Part shown: positions 53,875-64,000 of the stretch, piece by piece | Layout: each line of letters opens with the position of its first letter | Position numbering within the stretch: position 1 is the stretch's first letter | From: an uncultured Nitrososphaerales archaeon | Lineage (GTDB): Archaea > Thermoproteota > Nitrososphaeria > Nitrososphaerales > Nitrososphaeraceae | NCBI GenBank assembly: GCA_963695855.1 | Contig: CAVOHZ010000010.1 | Location: forward strand, 1,312,001-1,376,000 | Length of the DNA stretch: 64,000 bases | Direction: 5' to 3' | Program-made: the position numbers and the translations under genes | Notes under the pieces: model-generated | Told to the model about the DNA's origin: nothing | Database searches by the model: none | The model's input: only the letters and a program-made list of their open reading frames with translations

Positions 53875-55161
53875 ATGACTAGTACAAAAAAGCAGATTCC
53901 ACTTTATCCTCTATTACTGATTAATTTTATAGGAACTCTAGGTTTTAGTATTGTTTTACCTTTTTTGGTATTTCTAGTCATAGATTTTGGAGGGAATGCT
54001 ATAGTTTATGGAATACTAGCGGCGGTTTATCCTGCATTTCAATTAGTTGGAGCTCCAATACTAGGAAGATGGTCTGATACTTATGGACGAAAAAAAGTAC
54101 TTCTTGTCAGTCATGGAGGAACATTGATTGGTTGGATATTTTTCCTTTTTGCATTATTTTTACCTGTTGAAAATCTTTTTAGCATTGATTCTCCACTTTT
54201 TGGAACTATTGTTATAACTCTGCCATTACTTGTATTATTTTTTGCCCGAGCTATTGATGGAATTACTGGTGGTAATGTGTCTGTTGCCAATGCATATCTC
54301 GCAGATGTTTCAACAGATGTGAACAGAAGCAAAAACTTTGGTAAAATGGCAGTATCTTCTAATCTTGGTTTTATTGTTGGTCCAGCAATAGCAGGAATTT
54401 TAGGTTCAACTATTTATAAAGAAGTTTTACCTGTCTTGGCAGCTCTTATTCTCTCTCTAATAACCTTATTTGTAATAGGTTTCACTTTAAAGGAATCCAA
54501 ACCAGCAGCAATGATACAAGTTCCAGAAAAAGGAAATATTGGAAAAGTTTTTGCACAGGAATGCAAGGAATGTTACAAGATTGTCAATCCTAAAAAAATT
54601 AAATTCAAAGACGTTTTCAAGCTAAAATATGTTTCATTCTTGCTTTTCTTGTATTTTTTTATCTTTCTTGGGTTTAACATCTATTATACTTCATTTCCAA
54701 TTCATGCAGTTGGTAGTTTACATTGGTCTATAACACAGATGGGAGTATTTTATGCAATCTTAAGTGGGATGATGGTTTTGATTCAAGGTCCAGTTCTACG
54801 TAAGACATTACAAAAATTCTCTGAGGAAAAACTAGTTGTAATTGGTAGTATTATTTTAGGTACAAATTTTATTTTGTTTGTATCAAATGAAACCTTCTTA
54901 ATTTATGTGGCTGCAATTTTGTTTGCAGTTGGAAATGGACTTATGTGGCCTTCTTTCCTGTCAATACTCTCAAAGCGCGCTGGGTATGTTTATCAAGGAG
55001 CAGTACAAGGTGTTGCAAGTAGTTTTGGAAGTCTAGCAAGTATTATTGGACTAATAATAGGAGGAGTTTTGTATAATTTAATTGGTGGATTTACTTTTCT
55101 AATTAGCGCTGGAATTATATTCGTAGTTTTTATCTTGTCTTTTAAATTATTAAAACTATAA
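53875..55161 (+). CDS. MFS transporter, TetA/DHA1-like
   Basis: GRWSDTYGRK; ARAIDGITGG; GFIVGPAIAG. Confidence 0.92.
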   Translation: MTSTKKQIPLYPLLLINFIGTLGFSIVLPFLVFLVIDFGGNAIVYGILAAVYPAFQLVGAPILGRWSDTYGRKKVLLVSHGGTLIGWIFFLFALFLPVENLFSIDSPLFGTIVITLPLLVLFFARAIDGITGGNVSVANAYLADVSTDVNRSKNFGKMAVSSNLGFIVGPAIAGILGSTIYKEVLPVLAALILSLITLFVIGFTLKESKPAAMIQVPEKGNIGKVFAQECKECYKIVNPKKIKFKDVFKLKYVSFLLFLYFFIFLGFNIYYTSFPIHAVGSLHWSITQMGVFYAILSGMMVLIQGPVLRKTLQKFSEEKLVVIGSIILGTNFILFVSNETFLIYVAAILFAVGNGLMWPSFLSILSKRAGYVYQGAVQGVASSFGSLASIIGLIIGGVLYNLIGGFTFLISAGIIFVVFILSFKLLKL

Positions 55162-55471
55162 ATTTTGACTATTAATTAAGGACCTAAAGAAAATCTTACA
55201 CCTAAACTTCAGGTAGCTGAATTTCCCGGTGATAGAAAGCCATTGACTGAAATAGATTGGAAGATATTTTAAAGTAACATAAAAATATTGATTAATCTAT
55301 ACTTTTAGAAATTATCAAAAAATCTAGCAGAATTAAAACAAATTTTGAAGAGTAAATATGACTATTATTGACCTTTTTATTAACAAAAATTAACCTTTCA
55401 TTTTAGAGAAATTGTTAATTAATTGTTTCTAATATATCAACTTAAATAATAACATTCTTTATCATTATTCT

Positions 55472-56512
55472 ATGACTGAAAAAAGCAACCGTTCATTTCA
55501 GTTTCCATTTTATTTTGTAACAATATTTCTTACAATTCTTGTTGTAACCGTTATAATTTTTAGCTCATTAACATTAAACATGAATTATACTACAATAGCA
55601 CAACAACAATCACCTTATAATGAAGATATATCTTTTGATATTGATAATGTGACCTTTTTGCATCATATGGCATCTGTGAATGGTATTCAATTACACTATG
55701 TTACAGGTGGTCAAGGAGACCCTATAGTCTTGTTACACGGTTGGCCAGAAACATGGTATGAATGGAGGCATATTATGCCAGCTTTAGCTAAGAACTACAC
55801 TGTTATTGCGCCTGATCTGCGAGGCCTTGGAGACTCTTCAAAACCGTTTACGGGATATGATGGTAAAACCGTAGCTGAAGATATACATCAACTAGTTACT
55901 CAGTTAGGATTTAAAACAATTTTCCTAGTTGGTCACGATATAGGAACACAGGTAGCCTACTCTTATGCAGCTGCACATCCTACGGAAGTAAAGAGGTTAG
56001 TAGTCATGGATTTAACTATTCCTGGGTTTGAACCTCCCGGAATGATGCCAATATGGTGGCGCTCATTCCATGAAACACCTGATGTACCTGAAGCCCTTGT
56101 AAAAGGAAAAGAGATGATGTATTTATCATGGTTCTATCGTAATCTTGCGTATAATCCATCTGCAATAACGCAAACGGATATTAACGAATTTGTTAGTCAT
56201 TATTCTGCTCCAGGCGGAATGCGTGCCGGATTTGAGTATTATCGAGCCTTCCCACAGGATGCAATTCAAAATATGAATTATTCAAAGACAAAGCTTACAA
56301 TGCCAGTACTGGCGCTAGGAGCAGGATACATTCCAACATTTGGAGGTAATATTACTATGCCTACTATCGTGTATGGGATGCAGCAATTGGCTCAAAATGC
56401 TACGGGTATTACAGTTCCCAATTCGGGTCACTGGATTCCAGAAGAGCGGCCAGACTTTGTAATAAAAATGCTCGACAATTTCTTTGCTTGTAATTCTACT
56501 AAATCTAAATGA
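55472..56512 (+). CDS. Membrane-anchored epoxide hydrolase-like alpha/beta hydrolase
   Basis: HGWPETWYEW; GHDIG; EYYRA; GHWIPEE. Confidence 0.92.
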   Translation: MTEKSNRSFQFPFYFVTIFLTILVVTVIIFSSLTLNMNYTTIAQQQSPYNEDISFDIDNVTFLHHMASVNGIQLHYVTGGQGDPIVLLHGWPETWYEWRHIMPALAKNYTVIAPDLRGLGDSSKPFTGYDGKTVAEDIHQLVTQLGFKTIFLVGHDIGTQVAYSYAAAHPTEVKRLVVMDLTIPGFEPPGMMPIWWRSFHETPDVPEALVKGKEMMYLSWFYRNLAYNPSAITQTDINEFVSHYSAPGGMRAGFEYYRAFPQDAIQNMNYSKTKLTMPVLALGAGYIPTFGGNITMPTIVYGMQQLAQNATGITVPNSGHWIPEERPDFVIKMLDNFFACNSTKSK

Positions 56513-56596
56513 GAACTATTATCCCATTAATTCAAAGATACTGTGAATACCATATCACCAAATTACTCATGTTTAACAGCAAAAACATCCACATTG

Positions 56597-57106
56597 ATGG
56601 AGCTTATACACATGCCTAATGGTAGTGAGCGGATTACCAGCAGTCCAAGTTCACGTGTTCGCGAGCTTGGGTTGGCTTTGCCAACGCCTCCGACCCCGTT
56701 AGGTGCTTATATTGAGTCTTCGGATGCCATGAATTTGCTTTTTCTCAGTGGCATGCTTCCATTTGCTAATGGGAAACTCGCTATTTCCGGCAGACTGGGT
56801 GACAACCTTTCGGTTGAGCAGGGCCGTGAAGCAGCTTTCATGGCTTCGCTTAACGCCCTGTCCGTAGCTAAGGAACATCTCGGCGATCTGGATCGGCTGA
56901 AAAAGTTGGTCAAGTTGACAGTGCTGATAGCATCAACGGAGCAATTTACTGAACATGCGTCCGTGGCTGATGGAGCGTCAAACTTGTTCGTTCAGATTTT
57001 TGGGCCCAATGCAGGCCATGTTCGATTGGTATATGGAGTACAAAGCTTGCCCGTTGGTGCACCTTTGATTGTTGACACCGTATTCGAAATCGAGCCGATG
57101 TCTTAA
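56597..57106 (+). CDS. RidA/YjgF-family protein, elevated GC
   Basis: ELGLALP.PP.P.GAY; LFLSGMLP; VADGASNL; GHVR..GVQSLP. Confidence 0.88.
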   Translation: MELIHMPNGSERITSSPSSRVRELGLALPTPPTPLGAYIESSDAMNLLFLSGMLPFANGKLAISGRLGDNLSVEQGREAAFMASLNALSVAKEHLGDLDRLKKLVKLTVLIASTEQFTEHASVADGASNLFVQIFGPNAGHVRLVYGVQSLPVGAPLIVDTVFEIEPMS

Positions 57107-57513
57107 TCAAGCACCAAATAGCACAAATACTGTGAACAATTGAACTGACACTTCCTTTACGCGGCTCTTACGTGTCAAATATCCCATTATCAGGGGACCC
57201 TTCGGGCGAGGTTCGTCGTCTGTTCAATGACATCCAAAAAAAATTTGAAAATACATCATGCAATACATAGTGAGATAATTTTGAAATTGTTACTACAAAA
57301 ACAAGGTCATAGAAAAGCTCTAGCCACGTTGCATGACGTTCTTCATTTTTATTTTTTTATCTTGATTATTATCCATTTTATCTAAATAGTATTATTCAAA
57401 TTGTTATATTGATGATATTCTGAAGAACTAATATTTCTCATATAGTCACGAAATTCATATATTTATAATATTGTCAAAGACTATGAAGATAAAATAAAAA
57501 AATAAGGGATATG

Positions 57514-58593
57514 TTATTTGTACACAAACGTACTATTTTGCAACAATGCCTGTGTAGTAGGATCTATCCTTCCAGCCTGAGACATAGCGAAGCAAAGAGT
57601 CGACATTACTTCTCGTGCACCACCTAGTTTATTTTCCCATTTTGGCAACATATCTTGTACACATTTTTCGTTGACAGCATCAATATACTTTGAAAAAATC
57701 AACCAAGGATTATCAAAACTTCCTACTTGTTTTGCAATATCGCTAAAAAGGATTTCATTGTTAGATTTTCCAGCTGCCTTTTCCAAGTCAGAGATAAATT
57801 CTTTTTGTACTATTACATCATTAATTGTTCCAAGTCTAGTAAGATGTCCCCCAACAAAGGTATCAAAATCATAATTGCTCAGAACTATGTCATGTGCTTT
57901 GATATAACCAGCTATATCTTTAGATACTGCAAGATATGGAAATGGTACCCAGCCTGGAAATATTACATCAACTAGCATGAGCACCTTTTGTTTTGGAGCA
58001 TAAATGAATATGTTTCCAGGCAAATGGTTATTGCCATAATAGTCTAGTTGAAGGGTTTGGTTTCCAATCTGCAAAGTATAATTATTTGAGAAGGTTTCAG
58101 TAGGTATTGGTGGAACCATAGAAGCATTTGTCGCCACGGTTTTAGCTCTTTGTAATTCTGCAGCAGTTTCCTGCTGAGCTATAATAATAGCATTTTCTGG
58201 AAATATTCCTGCAGCACCAATATGGTCTATATGGGCATGACTGTAAATTACATGGGTAACAGGTTTGTCAGTTACCTCTGATATAGCTTTAAGATAATTT
58301 TTACCAATGGTAGGAGGAGCATCAACTGCTACAACACCTTCGTCTGTTACTAGAAATATTGTATTATATGCACCCTCTGTTACCCAATATAGTCCATCAC
58401 GGATTTCTTCAACTAGATATCCTTTCGAAGGAATAGCAGGACCTTTTGCGGCTTCAGGTATTTGATTTTTTGTTTCTGTTTGCTTTTCTTGTGCATAAAT
58501 AGAGTTAGATAATGATATAGTAATAATAGCAAGAATTGATACTGTTGATAATAAAAATAATAGTAACAAAGGGGGATTCCTCTGTATTTTCAT
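57514..58593 (-). CDS. Secreted metallo-beta-lactamase-fold hydrolase
   Basis: Signal peptide; SHAHIDH; NHLPG; VGGH. Confidence 0.9.
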   Translation of the reverse strand: MKIQRNPPLLLLFLLSTVSILAIITISLSNSIYAQEKQTETKNQIPEAAKGPAIPSKGYLVEEIRDGLYWVTEGAYNTIFLVTDEGVVAVDAPPTIGKNYLKAISEVTDKPVTHVIYSHAHIDHIGAAGIFPENAIIIAQQETAAELQRAKTVATNASMVPPIPTETFSNNYTLQIGNQTLQLDYYGNNHLPGNIFIYAPKQKVLMLVDVIFPGWVPFPYLAVSKDIAGYIKAHDIVLSNYDFDTFVGGHLTRLGTINDVIVQKEFISDLEKAAGKSNNEILFSDIAKQVGSFDNPWLIFSKYIDAVNEKCVQDMLPKWENKLGGAREVMSTLCFAMSQAGRIDPTTQALLQNSTFVYK

Positions 58594-58824
58594 TGATTAT
58601 AGGTAAAAAACATAGTATTTTAACTTTTAATTTACAATCTCATTACCAGGTTCTTGTTACCATAGAACCATTAAGATACAAATAATATGTTTAAGGAACA
58701 TAAACGAATTATTAAATGAACAAAAAAAGTTAAGGTTTTGAGTCAAGATTACTGAATGGTGAATAATTATGATTCTAACATGTGTCAACAAATCTCACTA
58801 CAACTTTAATCCATTTTGATTATT

Positions 58825-59075
58825 CCTATTTCCAAAGAATTTGGATAGTTGGTCTAGTATAAAGACTGGATGCTGATCTGAAATTCAGTGTTAAGAATAT
58901 GCAACTATTTTACATTGCACATTTTTCTGAAGCCTTTACAGAGTTTAATGTAAGACTGTCTTGCAATTCTCCTCCTAGAGCTGGATATACATCACCTGAC
59001 AAAACAAGAACTGGCATTGAAAGTATTCCCATTGTTACTGATTCCTTGTTGTCTTCTGTCTTATACAATTTAACA
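58825..59075 (-). pseudogene. C-terminal fragment of an epoxide-hydrolase-like gene
   Basis: MPVLVLSGDVYPALGG...; ILDQLSKFFG, matching the C-terminus of 50125-51153. Confidence 0.7.
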
Positions 59076-59115
59076 TACAGTAAGCATATTAGAATGTAGA
59101 AGCATATCACAAAAT

Positions 59116-59175
59116 ATGATATCTAAAACTCTTGTTGCTATGGATGGTTCAGAGTCATCGTTAAATGTCTATCAA
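59116..59175 (+). pseudogene. Universal stress protein N-terminal fragment
   Basis: MISKTLVAMDGSESS. Confidence 0.5.
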
Positions 59176-59306
59176 TATACCTCTTTTAGAGATTTTGGGC
59201 TGACTATTTGGAACAAGCTCAAAATGTCAAAACACGACTCCTTAGATTACGCTCCAAAGTTCCGAACAATGATTTGCGAAGGCCAACCGAACCGGAAACG
59301 ACCTCT

Positions 59307-60983
59307 ATGAGCAATATACGCAAGGGACTTCCCCTAACCAGCTCTCTTATTGAGAAAATATTTCCAAAATTAACTCCAGCTCAGATTCGTCGTATTGCAG
59401 CGCATGGACATATGCGTACGGTTGAGCGTGGCGAAGTGCTTGTCGAGCAGGGAGACACCTCCGTACCGTTATTTGTGGTTGTCACTGGGGAACTCGAGGT
59501 TGTGCGACCTTTGTTTCCTGTTGAGACCCTTGTCACAGTCCATGAAGCCGGCCAGTTCACTGGCGAGGTCGGTACACTCTCAGGTCGGCGGAGTCTCTTC
59601 CGCGTTCATGCCACTAAGCCAGGTAAAGTAATAGAATTAGATCGGCAACAAATGCAAGCTTTGATACAGACTGATGCGGAACTTGGTGAGATACTGATGA
59701 GGGCTTTCATCCTACGTAGAGTAGAGTTAATAGCTGCTGGTGTTGGGGATATTGTTCTAATTGGATCAATACATTCCGCCAGTACGCTTCGGATCAAAGA
59801 GTTTCTGATGCGCAATGCACATCCATATTTCTACATGGATCTAGAACGCGATCCTGATGTACAGAATCTGGTAGATAGTTTTCAAATTTCTGCTAGTGAA
59901 ATACCTGTGTTGATTTGTCGAGGCCAAATGGTACTGCGCAATCCCAGTAACCAAGAAATTGCAGACTGCCTTGGTTTCAATGAAACTATTGATCAAACAC
60001 ATGTGCGAGATCTCCTAATCATCGGTGCAGGTCCCTCAGGACTGGCTGCTGCAGTGTATGGTGCATCAGAAGGGCTTGACGTTATGGTACTGGAAACGAG
60101 TTCTCCTGGTGGTCAGGCTGGTTCAAGCTCCAAAATCGAAAATTACTTGGGATTTCCAACTGGCATATCCGGCCAGGAACTGGCAGCTAGAGCATATCTT
60201 CAAGCTCAAAAGTTCGGGGCAGATATACTCATTGCTAAGGCCACACGGCTTATCTGCGATCGTAAACCGTACGTTGTTGAACTTGGGAATGGAGCCCAAA
60301 TTTTTGCACGTACTGTTGTCATTGCCACTGGTGCTCAATATCGAAAGTTACCATTGGAAAACCTGTCCCGATTTGAAGGTGCAGGCATCTATTATGCTGC
60401 GACCTATGTCGAAAGGCAGTTGTGTGGAGGGGAGGAAGTAGTGGTAGTTGGCGGAGGGAACTCAGCTGGCCAGGCCGCTGTGTTTTTAGCACAGACTACA
60501 AAGCGTGTACATTTGCTGGCAAGATCTACCAGTTTAGTTGCTAGTATGTCACGCTACTTAATCCGTAGGATCGAAGAAAGTCCTACAATAATATTCAGAC
60601 CACAAACAGAAATTGTAGCATTAGAAGGAGGAGGTGATCACCTTGAATCCGTTTACTGGAGAAACAGTAAAACAGGACAAACTGAAAAGTATGGAATCAA
60701 GCACCTATTTGTCATGACGGGTGCCAATCCAAACACCAGTTGGCTCAATGACTGCCTCGCACTTGACGCTAAAGGTTTCATAAAGACAGGCCTTGATCTG
60801 TCCCCAGAAAATCTGAGTGATGCAGGCTGGCCTATTACACGTCCACCATATTTGCTTGAAACCAGTTTACCAGGTGTTTTTGCGGTGGGTGATGTACGAG
60901 GCGGCAATATCAAGCGTGTCGCATCCGCAGTGGGTGAAGGATCAATCGCAATCTCATTTGTTCATAAAGCACTACAGGAATAG
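59307..60983 (+). CDS. cNMP-binding domain plus thioredoxin-reductase-like FAD oxidoreductase
   Basis: GQFTGE cNMP fold; GAGPSG; IENYLGFP; GGGNSAGQAA; ETSLPGVFAVGDVR. Confidence 0.92.
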   Translation: MSNIRKGLPLTSSLIEKIFPKLTPAQIRRIAAHGHMRTVERGEVLVEQGDTSVPLFVVVTGELEVVRPLFPVETLVTVHEAGQFTGEVGTLSGRRSLFRVHATKPGKVIELDRQQMQALIQTDAELGEILMRAFILRRVELIAAGVGDIVLIGSIHSASTLRIKEFLMRNAHPYFYMDLERDPDVQNLVDSFQISASEIPVLICRGQMVLRNPSNQEIADCLGFNETIDQTHVRDLLIIGAGPSGLAAAVYGASEGLDVMVLETSSPGGQAGSSSKIENYLGFPTGISGQELAARAYLQAQKFGADILIAKATRLICDRKPYVVELGNGAQIFARTVVIATGAQYRKLPLENLSRFEGAGIYYAATYVERQLCGGEEVVVVGGGNSAGQAAVFLAQTTKRVHLLARSTSLVASMSRYLIRRIEESPTIIFRPQTEIVALEGGGDHLESVYWRNSKTGQTEKYGIKHLFVMTGANPNTSWLNDCLALDAKGFIKTGLDLSPENLSDAGWPITRPPYLLETSLPGVFAVGDVRGGNIKRVASAVGEGSIAISFVHKALQE

Positions 60984-61299
60984 CAAAACTACAATTAAAG
61001 TTACTCATAGATAGCATAGTTACTAATGGGTAACTATGCTGCGATTTCTGTCTGCAAGAATAGCAAAAACATTTTGAATACAATTGAAGGCTCTATCTAC
61101 AAAGTTTTGCAAGACTCTATCATGTTCAAAAATTATAAACTTCAGATAAACTTCCAGTCCCAAAGAGTGCCTTAATATTATTTCTTCGCTTCTCATCTAC
61201 AAAAATTATCTCTGGTTCATACTTTACTGAACGAAGCGATCTCTGCCGAGATTCCTTGTACAGCCATACCTTTTTTGGTGGGGTAAGTACATGAAATAG

Positions 61300-61904
61300 A
61301 TTACAATCCTCTTTTTGCATATACGATAATAGTCATCAAAAGATCCGATTCTATCTTTCAAATATTGGTTGACTCTTTCCATCAAAATTTTTCTGAAATG
61401 GTGAGTGTAGATAATGTTTTAATTCAATTATGTTTCATGCTTTATCATACCATGTACCTGCATTATCTGTATACACGGTATGTTTTCCATATTTTGATAC
61501 AAGAGACCTTATGAACTTTTCAGCGACTATCATGTTTCTCTCTTCTGAGAGATAGACCCCAAGCACAGATTTATGAACAGGTTCAATACAAAACCATAAC
61601 CAAAGTGTTGATTACCAATCTGAATTATAGTTTTATCTATGATGAACGCTGATACTCTTTTTCTTTTATACATCTGACAGGATCCAAATCGTTGAATCCA
61701 TTTCCAAACAGCAACATAACTTCTTTTTTGGTCATTAAAAGGTTCCAATGCTTTGGATGTATCTCGTAGACTGAGACCAAGAAAATACAGATAAAGAGAA
61801 TACATTACAATAAAAGAAGATGTTTTATTTCTTTCAAATTTAATTTTCATGGAAAATTTAGAACATTCTCAGCTATAGCTTTTACTGCTTATCTGAACAG
61901 AGCC
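61300..61904 (-). mobile_element. IS6-family element remnant
   Basis: YLYFLGLSLR...VAVWKWIQRF; FIID.T; YFKDRI..FDDY; end ggctctgttcagat on the minus strand. Confidence 0.85.
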
Positions 61905-61915
61905 GCGAAAAACAA

Positions 61916-62818
61916 TTACTTGTTATTATTTTTTGATCTTCTAACTATCAACGCTACACCTATCAAAATAACAATTGTAGCGATTATAGTTAGATATGTT
62001 ACTGATTCGTCAAGAATAGCCCATCCCAAAAAGACTGCTACAATAGGTGCTATATAAGCAAAAGTATTAGCAACCGGTGCTGTACTAACTTTGAGTAACC
62101 AATAAAATTCAGCAAGTGGTATAACAGTCCCGATAAATATTAAAAATATGTAGGATATAATCAAGTTTAAATCTATATCTGAATAAGAAGGAAGTAGATT
62201 TAGTTCTCCACTTAAAACACTAGGAATTAGTAGTAACGATCCGCCGATTAATGTAACCATTCCTGCAGATAATAAAAAATTTTGAGGCATGGAAACTTTA
62301 CTGGAATAGATAGATCCTACTGCCCAAAGCAATGAACTTATTAACAATGATGCAATTCCTACTAGACTTAACTGCTGATCTCCTCCAATCGATGGTCCAA
62401 CAAGGATGATCATGCCGCTAAAACCAAGAGCAAGACCAATCTTTGTTAAATTTGTTATTTTATTGTGGAATATCAAGAACATAAATAATGCTACCCATAA
62501 AGGAATTGTTGAATTTAGTAAAGAGGCAATTCCTGCAGAGAGGTATTGAGCTCCATATGCTATCAATCCATGTCCACCAAGTATCAAAAACGCACCAATA
62601 ATCAAAGCATTTTTCCAAAGTTTAATGTTTGTAATCTCTTGGCTTTTTCTATCAAAAATATAAGAAACTAGTATTAAAATACAGCCTGTAATCATAAATC
62701 TAATATTAAAAGAAAATAAAGGCGGTATAGAATCAAGAACAATTTTGATAGCTATGAAACTTGAACCAACAGTTAAAGATAAGGTAATGATTACTATCCA
62801 TAATTTTAACTGGTTCAT
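61916..62818 (-). CDS. EamA/DMT family transporter
   Basis: About 10 TM segments in two EamA repeats; AYIAPIVAVFLGWAILDE. Confidence 0.92.
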   Translation of the reverse strand: MNQLKLWIVIITLSLTVGSSFIAIKIVLDSIPPLFSFNIRFMITGCILILVSYIFDRKSQEITNIKLWKNALIIGAFLILGGHGLIAYGAQYLSAGIASLLNSTIPLWVALFMFLIFHNKITNLTKIGLALGFSGMIILVGPSIGGDQQLSLVGIASLLISSLLWAVGSIYSSKVSMPQNFLLSAGMVTLIGGSLLLIPSVLSGELNLLPSYSDIDLNLIISYIFLIFIGTVIPLAEFYWLLKVSTAPVANTFAYIAPIVAVFLGWAILDESVTYLTIIATIVILIGVALIVRRSKNNNK

Positions 62819-63044
62819 AGATACATATTTGCATAAATCATTTAACTTATATCTGTCTCTATTATTGCTCTAGAATTACTATTAAATAGAAACAATCTCT
62901 TTTTGTAGGATCAACTCAGTATCAAAATAATTTATAGAATAATCATCTTATCTTACTACTTAGATACTATATCTTACAATTAATAGTTACGATAGTCAAT
63001 AAGTTCTAGATTGAGCTCATTTGATCTAATTCCCTTACATACAA

Positions 63045-64000
63045 TTATTCTTCTTTTCCGACTGCTAGAGACCAGGGATGTTGCAAAAGATATTCTTTGG
63101 GCCATGGGATATCAAGTGCTTTCCAAGAAAAACCTGAATCAGTAGAGCTAAATATTCCACGGTTATTGAGAGCATAAAATTCTCCACCGATAATTGGATT
63201 TGGGCAAAGTATCATAATTATCGTTGCTTTAGATTCGGGAAGACCTTTTGAAACAGTTTTCCAGTTTTCGTTGTCATCATTTCTCCTATATACCATTGAA
63301 TTAGCATTTTCGATAGAATGTGCTTGCCAAGCCCCTAAAGAAGCTGAAACAATTACGCATTGGGGATTAATTGAATCTACAGCAAGGCCATGAAGGTAAC
63401 GATGCCTAAGCCCTGTTGTAATTCTATTCCATGAATTTCCATAATCAAAGCTTTCAAAATAACCATCACCAGCAGAACAATATAGTCTTTTAGGTGCCTT
63501 TTTATGAGTTGCCAAAGTGTAAGTATCATAAGGACCCTGCTTCACTCGATCTATCCAAGTTCTACCCCCGTCATGGCTTTTAACAAGAGCTCCTGCCTCT
63601 ATTGCAACGAAAATATAGTTAGAATTATTTATGTCTGGTTCAATCCAACGGACATGACTCGTCCAAGGCCTTGGAGGAAAGCTCCATGAACTTGATGATT
63701 CCAAATTGTTAATGCCGGTCATTCTTTCCCATGATTCACATTCATCGCTTGAAATGTATAAGGCAATAGGTTCAGTTCCAACGTATACCTTATTGAATCC
63801 ATTATTTCCTTCTTTCAAATGGCTAACTGAAACCGACGTTATATTCCGAGTGAAGATTTGATTCTTTCCGATACTATACCAACTCTGTCCATTATCATTA
63901 GTTTTCCATAAACCATCTCCAAAAGTTCCGCAATATGCTGTGCCTGTCTTCAAAGGATCGAATATTATACTTTGTGGATGACTTCCTTTCAAATTCTCGT
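63045..64000 (-). CDS. BNR/Asp-box beta-propeller protein, 5' end outside the window
   Basis: Repeated S.D.G.TW boxes; WSFPPRP.TSHVRWI. Confidence 0.85.
   Translation of the reverse strand, partial: ENLKGSHPQSIIFDPLKTGTAYCGTFGDGLWKTNDNGQSWYSIGKNQIFTRNITSVSVSHLKEGNNGFNKVYVGTEPIALYISSDECESWERMTGINNLESSSSWSFPPRPWTSHVRWIEPDINNSNYIFVAIEAGALVKSHDGGRTWIDRVKQGPYDTYTLATHKKAPKRLYCSAGDGYFESFDYGNSWNRITTGLRHRYLHGLAVDSINPQCVIVSASLGAWQAHSIENANSMVYRRNDDNENWKTVSKGLPESKATIIMILCPNPIIGGEFYALNNRGIFSSTDSGFSWKALDIPWPKEYLLQHPWSLAVGKEE

Overview
AT-rich, low-coding-density accessory region. The gene families point to an ammonia-oxidising archaeon of the Nitrososphaeraceae; this assignment is an inference. Cargo is mostly detoxification, redox and surface genes: MFS and EamA transporters, an F420-dependent PPOX, P450, VOC proteins, SDR, flavin reductase, three membrane-anchored epoxide-hydrolase-like paralogs, RidA, an MBL hydrolase, DsbA/DipZ-like proteins, a cNMP-domain thioredoxin-reductase-like enzyme, a class III cyclase and a triple peptidoglycan-binding-domain protein. 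These are mixed with many pseudogenes and IS5, IS6 and IS110 elements. The most striking unexplained structure is a family of about 15 dispersed 45-55 bp intergenic sites. Their heads are reverse complements of tRNA 3' ends of at least two kinds, and they carry one of two conserved tail architectures. Three of them sit just upstream of truncated tyrosine-integrase N-termini. The sites punctuate 1-4-gene modules, some with foreign GC content, which suggests a tRNA-att-based cassette accretion or shuffling platform. A decayed IS110 element also keeps a right-end non-coding region with bridge-RNA-like features. No rRNA, complete tRNA or CRISPR array was found.
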